Assembly (NCBI GenBank): GCA_022508925.1 | Contig: JAFLUF010000001.1 | Location: 4,510-68,509 of the forward strand | From: Oscillospiraceae bacterium | GTDB lineage: Bacteria; Bacillota; Clostridia; Oscillospirales; Ruminococcaceae | Direction: 5' to 3' | DNA: 64,000 bases | Shown here: positions 9,530 to 18,864 of the stretch, piece after piece | Position numbering within the stretch: the first letter of the stretch is position 1 | How the letters are laid out: each line of letters begins with the position of its first letter | The notes under the pieces: generated by a model | The model's database searches: none | Seen by the model: the letters and a program-made list of their open reading frames with translations, nothing else | What the model was told of the DNA's origin: nothing | Made by a program: the position numbers and the translations under genes

Positions 9530-10038
9530 TTATCCTCGTCAAATAATCCCTCAAGCGGAATTATCAGCATTTCTCCCGCCTCTGTGTCGATTTTCTTTAC
9601 GATATCATCAATGCGCGGAAACATAAGCTCTTTTCCGTTTTCTTTTTTTATCGAGTAAACGTCTGTTGCGCCGTTCTGATAAACGTCCGAGATTTTACCG
9701 TAGACTTCTCCCGTATCCGCGTTTTTCACCGTAAGTCCGATTATATCCTGGATAAAATAAACTCCCTCGGGAAGCTCCATATCGTCGCGGTCAATGTAAA
9801 GCATTTTACCGATATACTTCTGCGCGTCCTCGATAGAGTCAATTCCTTCGATTTTTAATACAACGATGTTTTTATGAACATACGCCCTTGTAATTTCAAC
9901 GGGTTCTTTACCCTTATTCAGATAAAGCGTTTCAAACTCGCAGAGAATTTCCGGCTCGTCGCAGTAATACTGACAGCGCACCTCTCCGCGTATCCCTTGT
10001 GTAGAAACGATTTTGGCTATTTCAAGAAACTGTTTCAT
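9526..10038 (-). CDS. rimM: Ribosome maturation factor RimM
   Basis: KIVSTQGIRGEV, YFIQDIIGL, GATDVY; directly upstream of trmD. Confidence 0.95.
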   Translation of the reverse strand: MKQFLEIAKIVSTQGIRGEVRCQYYCDEPEILCEFETLYLNKGKEPVEITRAYVHKNIVVLKIEGIDSIEDAQKYIGKMLYIDRDDMELPEGVYFIQDIIGLTVKNADTGEVYGKISDVYQNGATDVYSIKKENGKELMFPRIDDIVKKIDTEAGEMLIIPLEGLFDEDN

Positions 10039-11479
10039 TTGTATTGTCTTTCTTTTCCTTTTTCTTGTTTAAGATAAGTTTTACCGCCTGAACGCAGGTC
10101 TTAAAGTTTATCGCCGCGATAACGATGAAAATAACCGCGTTTATCACATTCTGCCACAGTCCGTACTCAAGCAGCATGATAGACAGCGACATTCCCGCAA
10201 GAAGAATTATGTTTACAACTACCTTTACCCAGTAAATAGTCATGTACAAAAGCTTTTTCGTATCGATAACGCGGTAAATAAACACGATAAGATAGCTTGC
10301 CAGCGTCGCGAGCGCCGCGCCTATAATTCCCATAGCCGGTATCATCAGAAAATTAAGACCGATATTCGCCGCCGCGCCTATCGCCGAAGATATAAGCGCG
10401 TGTGTGGTTTTTCTCGAGGCCTCGTATATGCTTGAGAGAAAGTTGTTGAAGCACTGGAATATGACCGCCCCCAGCAACACCGGAACGTAAAAATACGCCG
10501 GAGCGAAGGCTTCCGTTCCGAAAAACGGCATGATAAAAGGTCTTAATATCAGCATAATTCCCGCGCAGGCAATAAACACCACCGTCTGCATCATGCTGAA
10601 AATGTTGGAGTAGAAATTGGAGACCGTCCGCGAGTTTCTCTCGGTGATAGCGGACATATGCCATGCCTGAGCGAATATACCCACCACGACTGCCGCAAGG
10701 TTGGGAAATTTATACGCAAAGCCGTAGATTCCGTTTGAGTCGCTTCCGAGAAAATATGTCACCATAAATCCGTCGGACATATTTATTATCCACCACATTA
10801 TCGTGGTAGGCATAAGCGGGATGCTGTAGCTCATCATTGAAACGCACAGCGATTTGTCGTTTTTTAGCGGTCTGTACTGCTTATACAGCTTTGCAACGAT
10901 GTTCAGAAAAACGACAGAGGTGAGGTTGCTCAGAATGACCGACCAGAGATAACCGTTTATCCCAAAGTTGAAAACGCCCAACAGCAGGAGATTGAAAATT
11001 ATCATCGAAACGGTGGTTATGATACCGTCTACCGCGAACAGCTTTACCGAAACGCGCGCTCTGACAAAGATACCGCAGACCTCTTTTATCGCGCCCGCAA
11101 GGACGTAGATAAACAGCATCCACTCATAGCCCGCAAGCATCGGAATAAGACCCACCAGCGGCACAAACGCCGCAAATACAACGCATCCGCAGACCGCGAT
11201 GTTTATCCCGATAGAAAACACCATTCTGCCGTCGTTGTTTTTTTCGAGAGCAAAGCGCAGCACGCCCTCCGCAATGGACAGCGAAAAAACGGATATAAGA
11301 AGCGACCCCGCGTTTATGAGATTCGTCATGTCTCCATAGCCCGAAGTCCCGAGCATGCTTGTGTAAAATTTCAGCATTACATACACAAGCAGCTTTGAGC
11401 TGAACTGTCCTATGCCTAAAATGACGATATTTCCCGCGAGGGTTCGGTATCTGTTTTGCGAATCAGGCTTGTTACTCAT
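10022..11479 (-). CDS. Polysaccharide/oligosaccharide flippase (Wzx/MOP superfamily)
   Basis: About 12-14 hydrophobic segments; YSIPLMP, SDGFMVTYFLG, GIYGFAYKFP, GAALATLASY; start MSNKPD at 11479. Confidence 0.85.
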   Translation of the reverse strand: MSNKPDSQNRYRTLAGNIVILGIGQFSSKLLVYVMLKFYTSMLGTSGYGDMTNLINAGSLLISVFSLSIAEGVLRFALEKNNDGRMVFSIGINIAVCGCVVFAAFVPLVGLIPMLAGYEWMLFIYVLAGAIKEVCGIFVRARVSVKLFAVDGIITTVSMIIFNLLLLGVFNFGINGYLWSVILSNLTSVVFLNIVAKLYKQYRPLKNDKSLCVSMMSYSIPLMPTTIMWWIINMSDGFMVTYFLGSDSNGIYGFAYKFPNLAAVVVGIFAQAWHMSAITERNSRTVSNFYSNIFSMMQTVVFIACAGIMLILRPFIMPFFGTEAFAPAYFYVPVLLGAVIFQCFNNFLSSIYEASRKTTHALISSAIGAAANIGLNFLMIPAMGIIGAALATLASYLIVFIYRVIDTKKLLYMTIYWVKVVVNIILLAGMSLSIMLLEYGLWQNVINAVIFIVIAAINFKTCVQAVKLILNKKKEKKDNTNETVS

Positions 11480-11495
11480 TTTTTCCCCGATTATG

Positions 11496-11963
11496 TCATT
11501 TGTCTTTTTTGTCGCGTAAATTCCCGAAAAAATCGGAAAGTATCTTTGCGCATTCTTCCTCAAGCACTCTGCTTCTCACTCTCGGAATATGCGTAAATTT
11601 CTCGTCAAACAGCGCTGCCACAGAAGCGCACGCGCCGTTTTTTTCGTCAAACGCCCCGTAGACAAGCCGCTTTATCTGCGCGTTTATGACCGCCCCCGCG
11701 CACATGGGACACGGCTCAAGCGTTACATAAAGCGTACAGTCCGAAAGCCTTCGGTTTTTGAGAGCTTTTGCGGCGCGTTCTATCGCCAAGACCTCCGCGT
11801 GAGCGGTGGGAGACTGCAGAGCCTCGCGCTCGTTATACGCTTCGGAGATTATCTCACCGTTATTATCCACCACTATCGCGCCTACGGGTATCTCACCCGC
11901 CTGCGCCGCCTTTTCGGCAAGCGCGAGAGCCTTTTGCATATATTCCTCATCTGTCAATATCAT
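11496..11963 (-). CDS. tadA: tRNA adenosine(34) deaminase
   Basis: GEIPVGA, HAE, VTLEPCPMCAGA; ATG at 11963 overlaps the upstream stop (ATGA). Confidence 0.94.
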   Translation of the reverse strand: MILTDEEYMQKALALAEKAAQAGEIPVGAIVVDNNGEIISEAYNEREALQSPTAHAEVLAIERAAKALKNRRLSDCTLYVTLEPCPMCAGAVINAQIKRLVYGAFDEKNGACASVAALFDEKFTHIPRVRSRVLEEECAKILSDFFGNLRDKKDK

Positions 11964-14881
11964 AAGCGTTTGAAAAACGGAACACCTACGGTAATGACCG
12001 CGCTTATCAGCCCGTAGATCAGTATCCACAGACCGTTGAACATATCATACAGCTTAAACAGCATGAATATCACCGCCAGCAAAACGCCCAGACCCGCCGT
12101 AAAGATCTGGATTATGGAGCCGATAGTAATTTTCGTGCGTAGTTTTTTCGCGGTCGAAATTCCCTCCGCAAGCGACGAAAACGTTCCCGAAAGAGAAAGT
12201 CCCGCGTTGCCGCTTGAAACAAATTTTGTCGACTCGTTGAATTCCTCGTGGCAATCAAACGGAATAACCTTGATCACACGGTCTTTTATTCCGAAAGTGT
12301 TCTTTATAAAAGAGTTTGTAATAATTCCGTCTACTGTCTTTACTATGATCGAAACGTTCTGAGAAACCAGTTTGTTTACCTTTTCCTTTACCTGTTTGTC
12401 AGCGGAAACCGAAACGAAAAACAAAAGACAGACCTCTCCGCCCACGGCGAGATAAATAACGTTGTCGTTCTTGGGATTTGCCGCGGCTTCCTTTTTATTG
12501 CTCGGCACGGATATCTCGTGAGCTATCATGTGCTCGCGCGTTCCGAGCAGAACTCTGCGCCTGTCTATCCATCCCATAACGCCGAGGTTGTTTTCGTATA
12601 CGATTCCGTTTACGTCCTTCAGAAGCTCTTTTTTATAGTCGAGCATATTGAACAGCGCGTCCGAGAGAATGCTTCCCGTAGCGTAAGCAAGGCTTGCTCC
12701 GAGAATTATCGCCTCGTCGATGTTTACCTTTCCGTCGCCGCGGTTTGAGGGCTTGTCATAGCCGCAAATGTTATCTATCACAACAGTCTGCGGCGGGAAG
12801 AGCGCGGACGCCTCCGCCAGAACAGAGTTTGTCTCGCTGAAGCTTTCAACGGCTTCATATCCCAAGATAGCGAAGTTGTTTTTTCTGCCCTTAAACGAAG
12901 CAAGTAAAAGCGGTATCGTGACCGTCATAGAGCAGGACAGCGCCGCACCCAGACAGCAGATAGCAGAAAGCACCGTAAACGCCCACGAAAGGTTATTGAG
13001 AAACAACTCGTCGCCGTTTGTGAAAAAAGCGATTATCGCGCCGATAACAGCGGCGATGATAGTAGAAACGGAGACCTTGCCGGAAATCCTGTCATAAGCG
13101 TCCTCGCAGTAGGTCGAGATGATAAAATCCTTAAGCATTTCGGTCTTTCTCGCGGACGCCGTTATGGGCACTCCCAGGACCGCGCCCTTGCCAAGCTTTT
13201 CCGCGCTGGATTTTCCGCAGAAATCCGCGAAATATTTGGCGCCGTCTTTTGAAACAAACTCAAAGTTCTTTTTCGCCGTTTTCACAGCTATAAGCTTTGA
13301 AAGCGTGTTAAAGCACAGAATACCCAGCGAGACCATGAGATAAACGTGTGACATCGAGCGCTGGACATATTCTATTCTTAAAAGATAAGGAACAATTGAA
13401 GCTATCGCCGCTCCGTGAGCAAACGCGCACAGCGTATCTCCGTCGGGACGCAGCTTAAACAGTCTCGAAAAGCCGTTTGATATTACCGACGAGCAGGTCG
13501 CGAACGACAAAACGCCGATAGTCAGCATACAGTAAAGATAGTTTTCCGTAGCGGAGCGCAGATTTATTATCGTACCGAGCGTTCCCATAACCTGAACATT
13601 AGCGGTGTTTAAAATACCGATAACAAGCGTTATCGCAAACAGGATACCCGTGATTATAAGTCTCCATAAAAGACCCGTCGAAGAACGGCTGAGACGGTCG
13701 CGGATAACGTTTTCGTCGTCGAGGTCTATCGGCTCGTCGATATCCTCGTCTTCGGAATCGTCCTCGGATCTGTATTCCTCCTCCTCGCTCGGGTTTTCAA
13801 GGATAAAGTTTGCTATTCTGCGCTTGCGCTTCTGAGCAAGCTCGTTTGCTCTGCGTACCTTTTCTACTTCCTCCGGCTCATTTGCCTGTTCTTGTGCTGA
13901 GGCGATAACATTTATATTTCCCGAGCTTGTGTCCTCCGTCGGATATTCCATATCCGGAGGGATCTTCATGGTATACGATTTCTGCCCGTTATCCTCGGCA
14001 ATTTTCTTGTTCAGAGCGTCTACGATAGACTCGCCGACATTTCGGCTTATCTGCTTTCCGGTGATTACGGGACTTTCAGCTTCCGCGTCCTTGCGGCGGG
14101 TAGAAGGCTTATACTCAATGACGTGCTCTTCCTTGCCGATATTCTTAAAATCGTTTCCCGCTATCGCGAGCGTGTCGGTCGTGTCGTCGTCGGACTTAAG
14201 CATATCCGCGACCTTTTCGCGCTTTGCGGCGGGATTTATCAGATCGAGCATTTCCTCCGAGCTCTGCGCTTCGTTGTCAGCTTTGAGCAATGCTTTGTTT
14301 ATTTCGTCAATGCGCTTTTGCTTGCGCATTTTCATAGTATCCGTCGTCACAAGGTCGCCGCGCGTATGGAAGATGATATCGTCTTCGTCTTCCTCTCTGT
14401 CGGATGAATAAACACCCTCGGAGGTATTATATCCGGCGACGTATACATCTTCCGACGTATCGGCAAGCCGTGTATTCTCGACGGCTGCGGCGCCGTTGTT
14501 TGAATATTCCTTTACCGTTTCTCCCTCGGCCGTATCGTCAAAGAGACGTCTTCTTCTCTCCGCCTCGATGGCGTCAGATATCTCCTTAGAGCGCCGCTCG
14601 TCGGTCTGCTGTTCGGTAAACTGTTTTGCGGCGGCTGTGTCGCGGCGCTTGTCGGAATACTGATTTATAAGCTGTGTAACGCTCAGATCGGGTTTTGGTT
14701 TATTATCCGTCTCATTCTTTTTCTTCTGCGAGCCGGCACGTAAGATCTTATCAAGGTCATTATCGTTTATAATGTCTGTGACGCTTCCGTCATAAGCGCT
14801 TTTTTCAACGTCAAAGCGCGAGTTGTCAACTTCCTTGAGGATATTATCGATATCGTAGTTCTTGTCTGCCATAAAATGCAC
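11960..14881 (-). CDS. Membrane protein: long acidic N-terminus plus degenerate P1B-type ATPase-like core lacking catalytic motifs
   Basis: About 8 TM segments; ILGYEAVESFSETNSVLAEASALF aligns with the ...VVFDKTGTL region; LGVMGWIDRRRVLLG and VIYLAVGG...IIVKTVDG resemble N/P-domain segments. Confidence 0.7.
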   Translation of the reverse strand: MHFMADKNYDIDNILKEVDNSRFDVEKSAYDGSVTDIINDNDLDKILRAGSQKKKNETDNKPKPDLSVTQLINQYSDKRRDTAAAKQFTEQQTDERRSKEISDAIEAERRRRLFDDTAEGETVKEYSNNGAAAVENTRLADTSEDVYVAGYNTSEGVYSSDREEDEDDIIFHTRGDLVTTDTMKMRKQKRIDEINKALLKADNEAQSSEEMLDLINPAAKREKVADMLKSDDDTTDTLAIAGNDFKNIGKEEHVIEYKPSTRRKDAEAESPVITGKQISRNVGESIVDALNKKIAEDNGQKSYTMKIPPDMEYPTEDTSSGNINVIASAQEQANEPEEVEKVRRANELAQKRKRRIANFILENPSEEEEYRSEDDSEDEDIDEPIDLDDENVIRDRLSRSSTGLLWRLIITGILFAITLVIGILNTANVQVMGTLGTIINLRSATENYLYCMLTIGVLSFATCSSVISNGFSRLFKLRPDGDTLCAFAHGAAIASIVPYLLRIEYVQRSMSHVYLMVSLGILCFNTLSKLIAVKTAKKNFEFVSKDGAKYFADFCGKSSAEKLGKGAVLGVPITASARKTEMLKDFIISTYCEDAYDRISGKVSVSTIIAAVIGAIIAFFTNGDELFLNNLSWAFTVLSAICCLGAALSCSMTVTIPLLLASFKGRKNNFAILGYEAVESFSETNSVLAEASALFPPQTVVIDNICGYDKPSNRGDGKVNIDEAIILGASLAYATGSILSDALFNMLDYKKELLKDVNGIVYENNLGVMGWIDRRRVLLGTREHMIAHEISVPSNKKEAAANPKNDNVIYLAVGGEVCLLFFVSVSADKQVKEKVNKLVSQNVSIIVKTVDGIITNSFIKNTFGIKDRVIKVIPFDCHEEFNESTKFVSSGNAGLSLSGTFSSLAEGISTAKKLRTKITIGSIIQIFTAGLGVLLAVIFMLFKLYDMFNGLWILIYGLISAVITVGVPFFKRL

Positions 14882-14897
14882 TTCCCCTTATATTATT

Positions 14898-15632
14898 TCA
14901 TAACCGCTGTTTAACTATTTCGTACATGAGTATTCCCGCTGAAACAGACGCGTTGAGCGAGTTGACCCTGCCGTTCATCGGAAGGGACACCACCGCGTCG
15001 CAGTTTTCCCTTACCAGCCTTGAAAGACCGAAGCCTTCCGAGCCGACAACAATTGCCGTGCCGCCCGAAAAATCGACCTTGTCATAAGGCTCGCCGTCGG
15101 CCTCCATTCCGTAGACCCATATATTGTTTTTTTTCAGTGTTTTTATCGCGTCCGTGAGATTAGGCACTCTCGCCACCTTTATCCACGCCGCCGCGCCCGC
15201 GGAGGTCTTGAACACCGTAGAATTAAGCCCCGCCGAGCGTCTTTTCGGTATTATAACACCGTCGGCTCCCGCCGCCTCTGCCGTTCTTATTATCGCGCCG
15301 AGATTATGAGGATCGGCAATCTCGTCCGCAATGACGATAAACGGCGGCTTTCCTCTTTGTTTCGAGACCTCAAGAATATCAGAAAGCTCGGCGTATTCCG
15401 CCGCGGCAAGCTCAGCGCAGACACCGCCGTGCTTTTGCGTTTTGCAAAGCGAAGATATCTTTTCCGCGCCTACGATCTTAACTACCGCGCCGCGTTCTTT
15501 TGCCAGAGCCGAGATCCCGTCTATTTTCAGGTCTTTTTGTATAAAGACCGTGTCAATTTCCTTATCCGAGCGCAGCGCCTCTGTCACGGCGTTTCGTCCG
15601 AAGATGATCTGTGTTTCGCTGTCTTTTACCAT
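14898..15632 (-). CDS. rlmB: 23S rRNA Gm2251 methyltransferase (TrmH/SpoU family)
   Basis: IFGRNAVTEAL, DPHNLGAIIRTA, VGSEGFG, SLNASVSAG. Confidence 0.95.
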   Translation of the reverse strand: MVKDSETQIIFGRNAVTEALRSDKEIDTVFIQKDLKIDGISALAKERGAVVKIVGAEKISSLCKTQKHGGVCAELAAAEYAELSDILEVSKQRGKPPFIVIADEIADPHNLGAIIRTAEAAGADGVIIPKRRSAGLNSTVFKTSAGAAAWIKVARVPNLTDAIKTLKKNNIWVYGMEADGEPYDKVDFSGGTAIVVGSEGFGLSRLVRENCDAVVSLPMNGRVNSLNASVSAGILMYEIVKQRL

Positions 15633-15833
15633 AATTTTCCTCTAAGCTGTCAAATCACAATAATACATTATCTATTATAACACAAGTGGAATAAAATTTC
15701 AATAATAAAAACGCAACATTATGATAAATTTTCGCAAAAAAAACACCATAACCGTTGAAATTTATACAAAAATATGGTAAAATACTTCTTGGAAATATTT
15801 TTTACGGCGAAATTTGTAAAACAGGGGTAATTT

Positions 15834-17360
15834 ATGTTCAGTAAAATCAACAGCGTAGGGCTTTTCGGGCTGAACGCTTTTCCCGTATCGGTAGAGGCGA
15901 GTATCTCCCGCGGACAGCCGATTTTCGACGTTGTGGGTCTGCCGGATGCGGCTGTTCAGGAAAGCAAGGCGAGAATACGCGCGGTTTTGGGTCAGCTTGA
16001 CCTGAAGCTGTTAAACGGGCGCGTTACCGTAAATTTGGCTCCCGCAAGCGTAAAAAAGATCGGCTCGATGTTTGATCTGCCCATAACAATAGCTCTTATG
16101 AAGCTCGGCGGGGTGATCGACTGCGACCTCAGCGACACGGCGTTTATCGGGGAGATGTCGCTCGACGGAAAAATAGCGCACATAAACGGCGCGCTGAGCA
16201 TGACTATTACCGCCGCGCAAAACGGTATCAAACGGCTTTTCCTGCCGAGATCAAACGCGAAAGAGGCTTCCGCCGCGGACGGTATTGAAATTTACGGAAT
16301 AGAACATATCACAGAAATTATAGATTTTCTGAACGGAAGGACTGTGCTTACTCCCGAGCCGCACTATATACCGAGCGCGGAAAAGCTGATATGTCGCGAG
16401 GATTTCGCCGACGTAATGGGACAGACCGCCGCGAAAAAGGCTATCGAAGTCGCGGCGGCAGGCTCGCACAATATCCTAATGCTCGGGCCGCCCGGCTCCG
16501 GAAAGTCGATGCTTGCAAAACGTATACCGTCAATTCTGCCGAAAATAACCTTTGAGGAGAGCATTGAGACCACTCAGATACATTCTATCGCCGGCATGAT
16601 AAATCCCAAAGAGCCGCTTGTGACGACACGCCCCTTTCGACCGGTAAGTCATACGATAAGCAGCGCGGGGCTTGTCGGCGGAGGCACCGTTCCGCGACCG
16701 GGGGAGATATCGCTCGCGCACAACGGCGTATTGTTTTTGGACGAGCTGCCCGAGTTTGACAGAAGGGCGCTCGAAACACTCAGACAGCCCCTTGAAAACG
16801 GGGAGATAGTAATTTCCCGCGCGAGCGGCTCGGTCAGTTATCCGTGCGACGTTATGCTTGTCGCGGCAATGAATCCGTGTCCCTGCGGAAATTTCGGAAA
16901 TCCCAAGAAAAAATGCACCTGCTCGGAAAAAGCTGTGACAATGTATCTCAATAAAATTTCTCAGCCCGTGCTTGACAGGATAGACATACAGATCGAGATA
17001 AAGCCGGTCGAGTATGACGACCTGTCGGCGCGCCGCGCGCAGGAAAGCTCGGCGCAGATAGCCGAGAGAGTACAGCGCGCCCGAGATATTCAGGCAAAGC
17101 GCTTTAAGGGTACGGATATAAGATCCAACAGCCGGATAACGTCGGATATAATCGCCGATGTCTGCCGGCTTACGCCCGACGCGGACGAAATGCTGAAAGC
17201 CGCGTTTGACAAGCTCGGGCTTTCGGCGCGCGCGTATGACAGGATACTGAAGGTCGCGAGGACCTGCGCCGATTTAGCGGGTCTCGAGGACATCGACAAG
17301 TCCTGTATATCGCAGGCGATAAGCTTCAGGAGCTTGGACAGGAAATATTGGAACAGGTAA
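15834..17360 (+). CDS. comM: YifB/ComM family AAA+ ATPase
   Basis: VGLPDAAVQES, VNLAPA, GPPGSGKS, RPGEISLAHNGVLFLDELPEF, AAMNPCPCG. Confidence 0.93.
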   Translation: MFSKINSVGLFGLNAFPVSVEASISRGQPIFDVVGLPDAAVQESKARIRAVLGQLDLKLLNGRVTVNLAPASVKKIGSMFDLPITIALMKLGGVIDCDLSDTAFIGEMSLDGKIAHINGALSMTITAAQNGIKRLFLPRSNAKEASAADGIEIYGIEHITEIIDFLNGRTVLTPEPHYIPSAEKLICREDFADVMGQTAAKKAIEVAAAGSHNILMLGPPGSGKSMLAKRIPSILPKITFEESIETTQIHSIAGMINPKEPLVTTRPFRPVSHTISSAGLVGGGTVPRPGEISLAHNGVLFLDELPEFDRRALETLRQPLENGEIVISRASGSVSYPCDVMLVAAMNPCPCGNFGNPKKKCTCSEKAVTMYLNKISQPVLDRIDIQIEIKPVEYDDLSARRAQESSAQIAERVQRARDIQAKRFKGTDIRSNSRITSDIIADVCRLTPDADEMLKAAFDKLGLSARAYDRILKVARTCADLAGLEDIDKSCISQAISFRSLDRKYWNR

Positions 17361-17385
17361 ATTACATAATTTCAAGGAGATTTTT

Positions 17386-18864
17386 ATGGATAAAAGAAGC
17401 TGCGGAGTTTTGATGCACATAACATCACTTCCGTCAAAGTACGGAATAGGGACGCTCGGCGAGGAAGCCGAGAAATTTGCCGAGTGGCTGAAAAGCGCGG
17501 GACAGAGCTACTGGCAGGTCTTGCCGATAGGACCCACGGGCTATGGCGATTCGCCATATCAGCCGTTTTCGTCTTTTGCGGGAAATCCGCTTTTAATTGA
17601 CCTTGACGAGCTTTGCGAGCAGGGTTTGCTTTCAAAAAGCGAGTGTGAGAGCGCTGATTTCGGGGCAGACCCGCTTATCGTTGATTACGAAAAGGTGACG
17701 AAAACCCGTTCGGAGCTTTTGCATAAGGCGTTTGACAATTTCACCGACGACGTTGGCTTTACGGGCTTTATGCTTGAGCAAAAGGAGTGGCTGGACGATT
17801 ACGCGCTGTTTATGGCGCTTAAAAACGAGTTTGGCGGAAAGCCGTGGACAATGTGGGACGACGGCATAAAATTCCGCCGTAAGGACGCCATGGCGGAATA
17901 TTCCGAAAAGCTTTCGCGCGAGATACGCTACAACAAATTCTGTCAGTACATTTTCTTCCGTCAGTGGGCGCGCTTTCATGATTTCTGCTCTAAAAAGGGG
18001 ATAAAAATAATCGGGGATATTCCTATCTACGTTTCTCCCGACAGCTCGGACGTTTGGGCAAATACCCGGCTGTTTGAGCTTGACGAACGGCTCAACCCGA
18101 AGCGCGTCGCGGGAGTTCCGCCCGATTATTTCTCAAAGACCGGACAGCTCTGGGGAAATCCTCTTTACGATTGGGCGGCTATGAAGATGAACGACTACGC
18201 GTGGTGGGTCGCGCGCGTAAAGAAATCCGCCGAGCTTTTCGATATGCTGAGAATCGACCATTTCCGCGCGTTTGACACCTATTACGCCATTCCGTTCGGC
18301 GAGAAGACCGCCGAGCACGGAAATTGGGAAAAGGGCCCGGGAATGAATTTGTTTAACGTTATCGCGAACGCGGTCCCGAACGCCGACATAATCGCCGAGG
18401 ATCTGGGCGATATTTTCGACAGCGTAAAGCAGCTGCTTTCGGACAGCGGTTTCCCGGGAATGCGCGTGCTTCAGTTCGGCTTTAATCCCGAAAACGCCGA
18501 CAACGACCATCTTCCCCACAATTACCCGAAAAACTGTGTTTGCTATACCGGAACTCACGACAACGCCACCTTTATGCAGTGGTATCGCGAGGCGGATCTG
18601 AAAACGAGATCCATGTGCAGAAAATATCTCGGAAAGATATTCTCCATACCGCTTTACGAATACGCGATACGCGCGGCGTACGCCTCTCCCGCTGACCTTA
18701 CGATAATCCCCATGCAGGATATCCTCGGGCTTGGCAAAGAGGGGAGAATGAACGTTCCTTCGACGCTCGGCGGAAATTGGAATTGGAGAATGAAGAAAAA
18801 AGCCCTCAAGAAAAAGCACACGAAAATGCTGCACAGCTTTTCTGAGATATATATGCGGTTATGA
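17386..18864 (+). CDS. malQ: 4-alpha-glucanotransferase (GH77)
   Basis: GVLMHITSLP, WQVLP, DSPYQ, GDIPIYV, GVPPDYFS-TGQLWGNP, RIDHFR, IAEDLG, YTGTHDN. Confidence 0.97.
   Translation: MDKRSCGVLMHITSLPSKYGIGTLGEEAEKFAEWLKSAGQSYWQVLPIGPTGYGDSPYQPFSSFAGNPLLIDLDELCEQGLLSKSECESADFGADPLIVDYEKVTKTRSELLHKAFDNFTDDVGFTGFMLEQKEWLDDYALFMALKNEFGGKPWTMWDDGIKFRRKDAMAEYSEKLSREIRYNKFCQYIFFRQWARFHDFCSKKGIKIIGDIPIYVSPDSSDVWANTRLFELDERLNPKRVAGVPPDYFSKTGQLWGNPLYDWAAMKMNDYAWWVARVKKSAELFDMLRIDHFRAFDTYYAIPFGEKTAEHGNWEKGPGMNLFNVIANAVPNADIIAEDLGDIFDSVKQLLSDSGFPGMRVLQFGFNPENADNDHLPHNYPKNCVCYTGTHDNATFMQWYREADLKTRSMCRKYLGKIFSIPLYEYAIRAAYASPADLTIIPMQDILGLGKEGRMNVPSTLGGNWNWRMKKKALKKKHTKMLHSFSEIYMRL

Noticed and set aside
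15834-17360. Magnesium chelatase function
   Set aside because: Motifs match the YifB/ComM family and there is no tetrapyrrole context.
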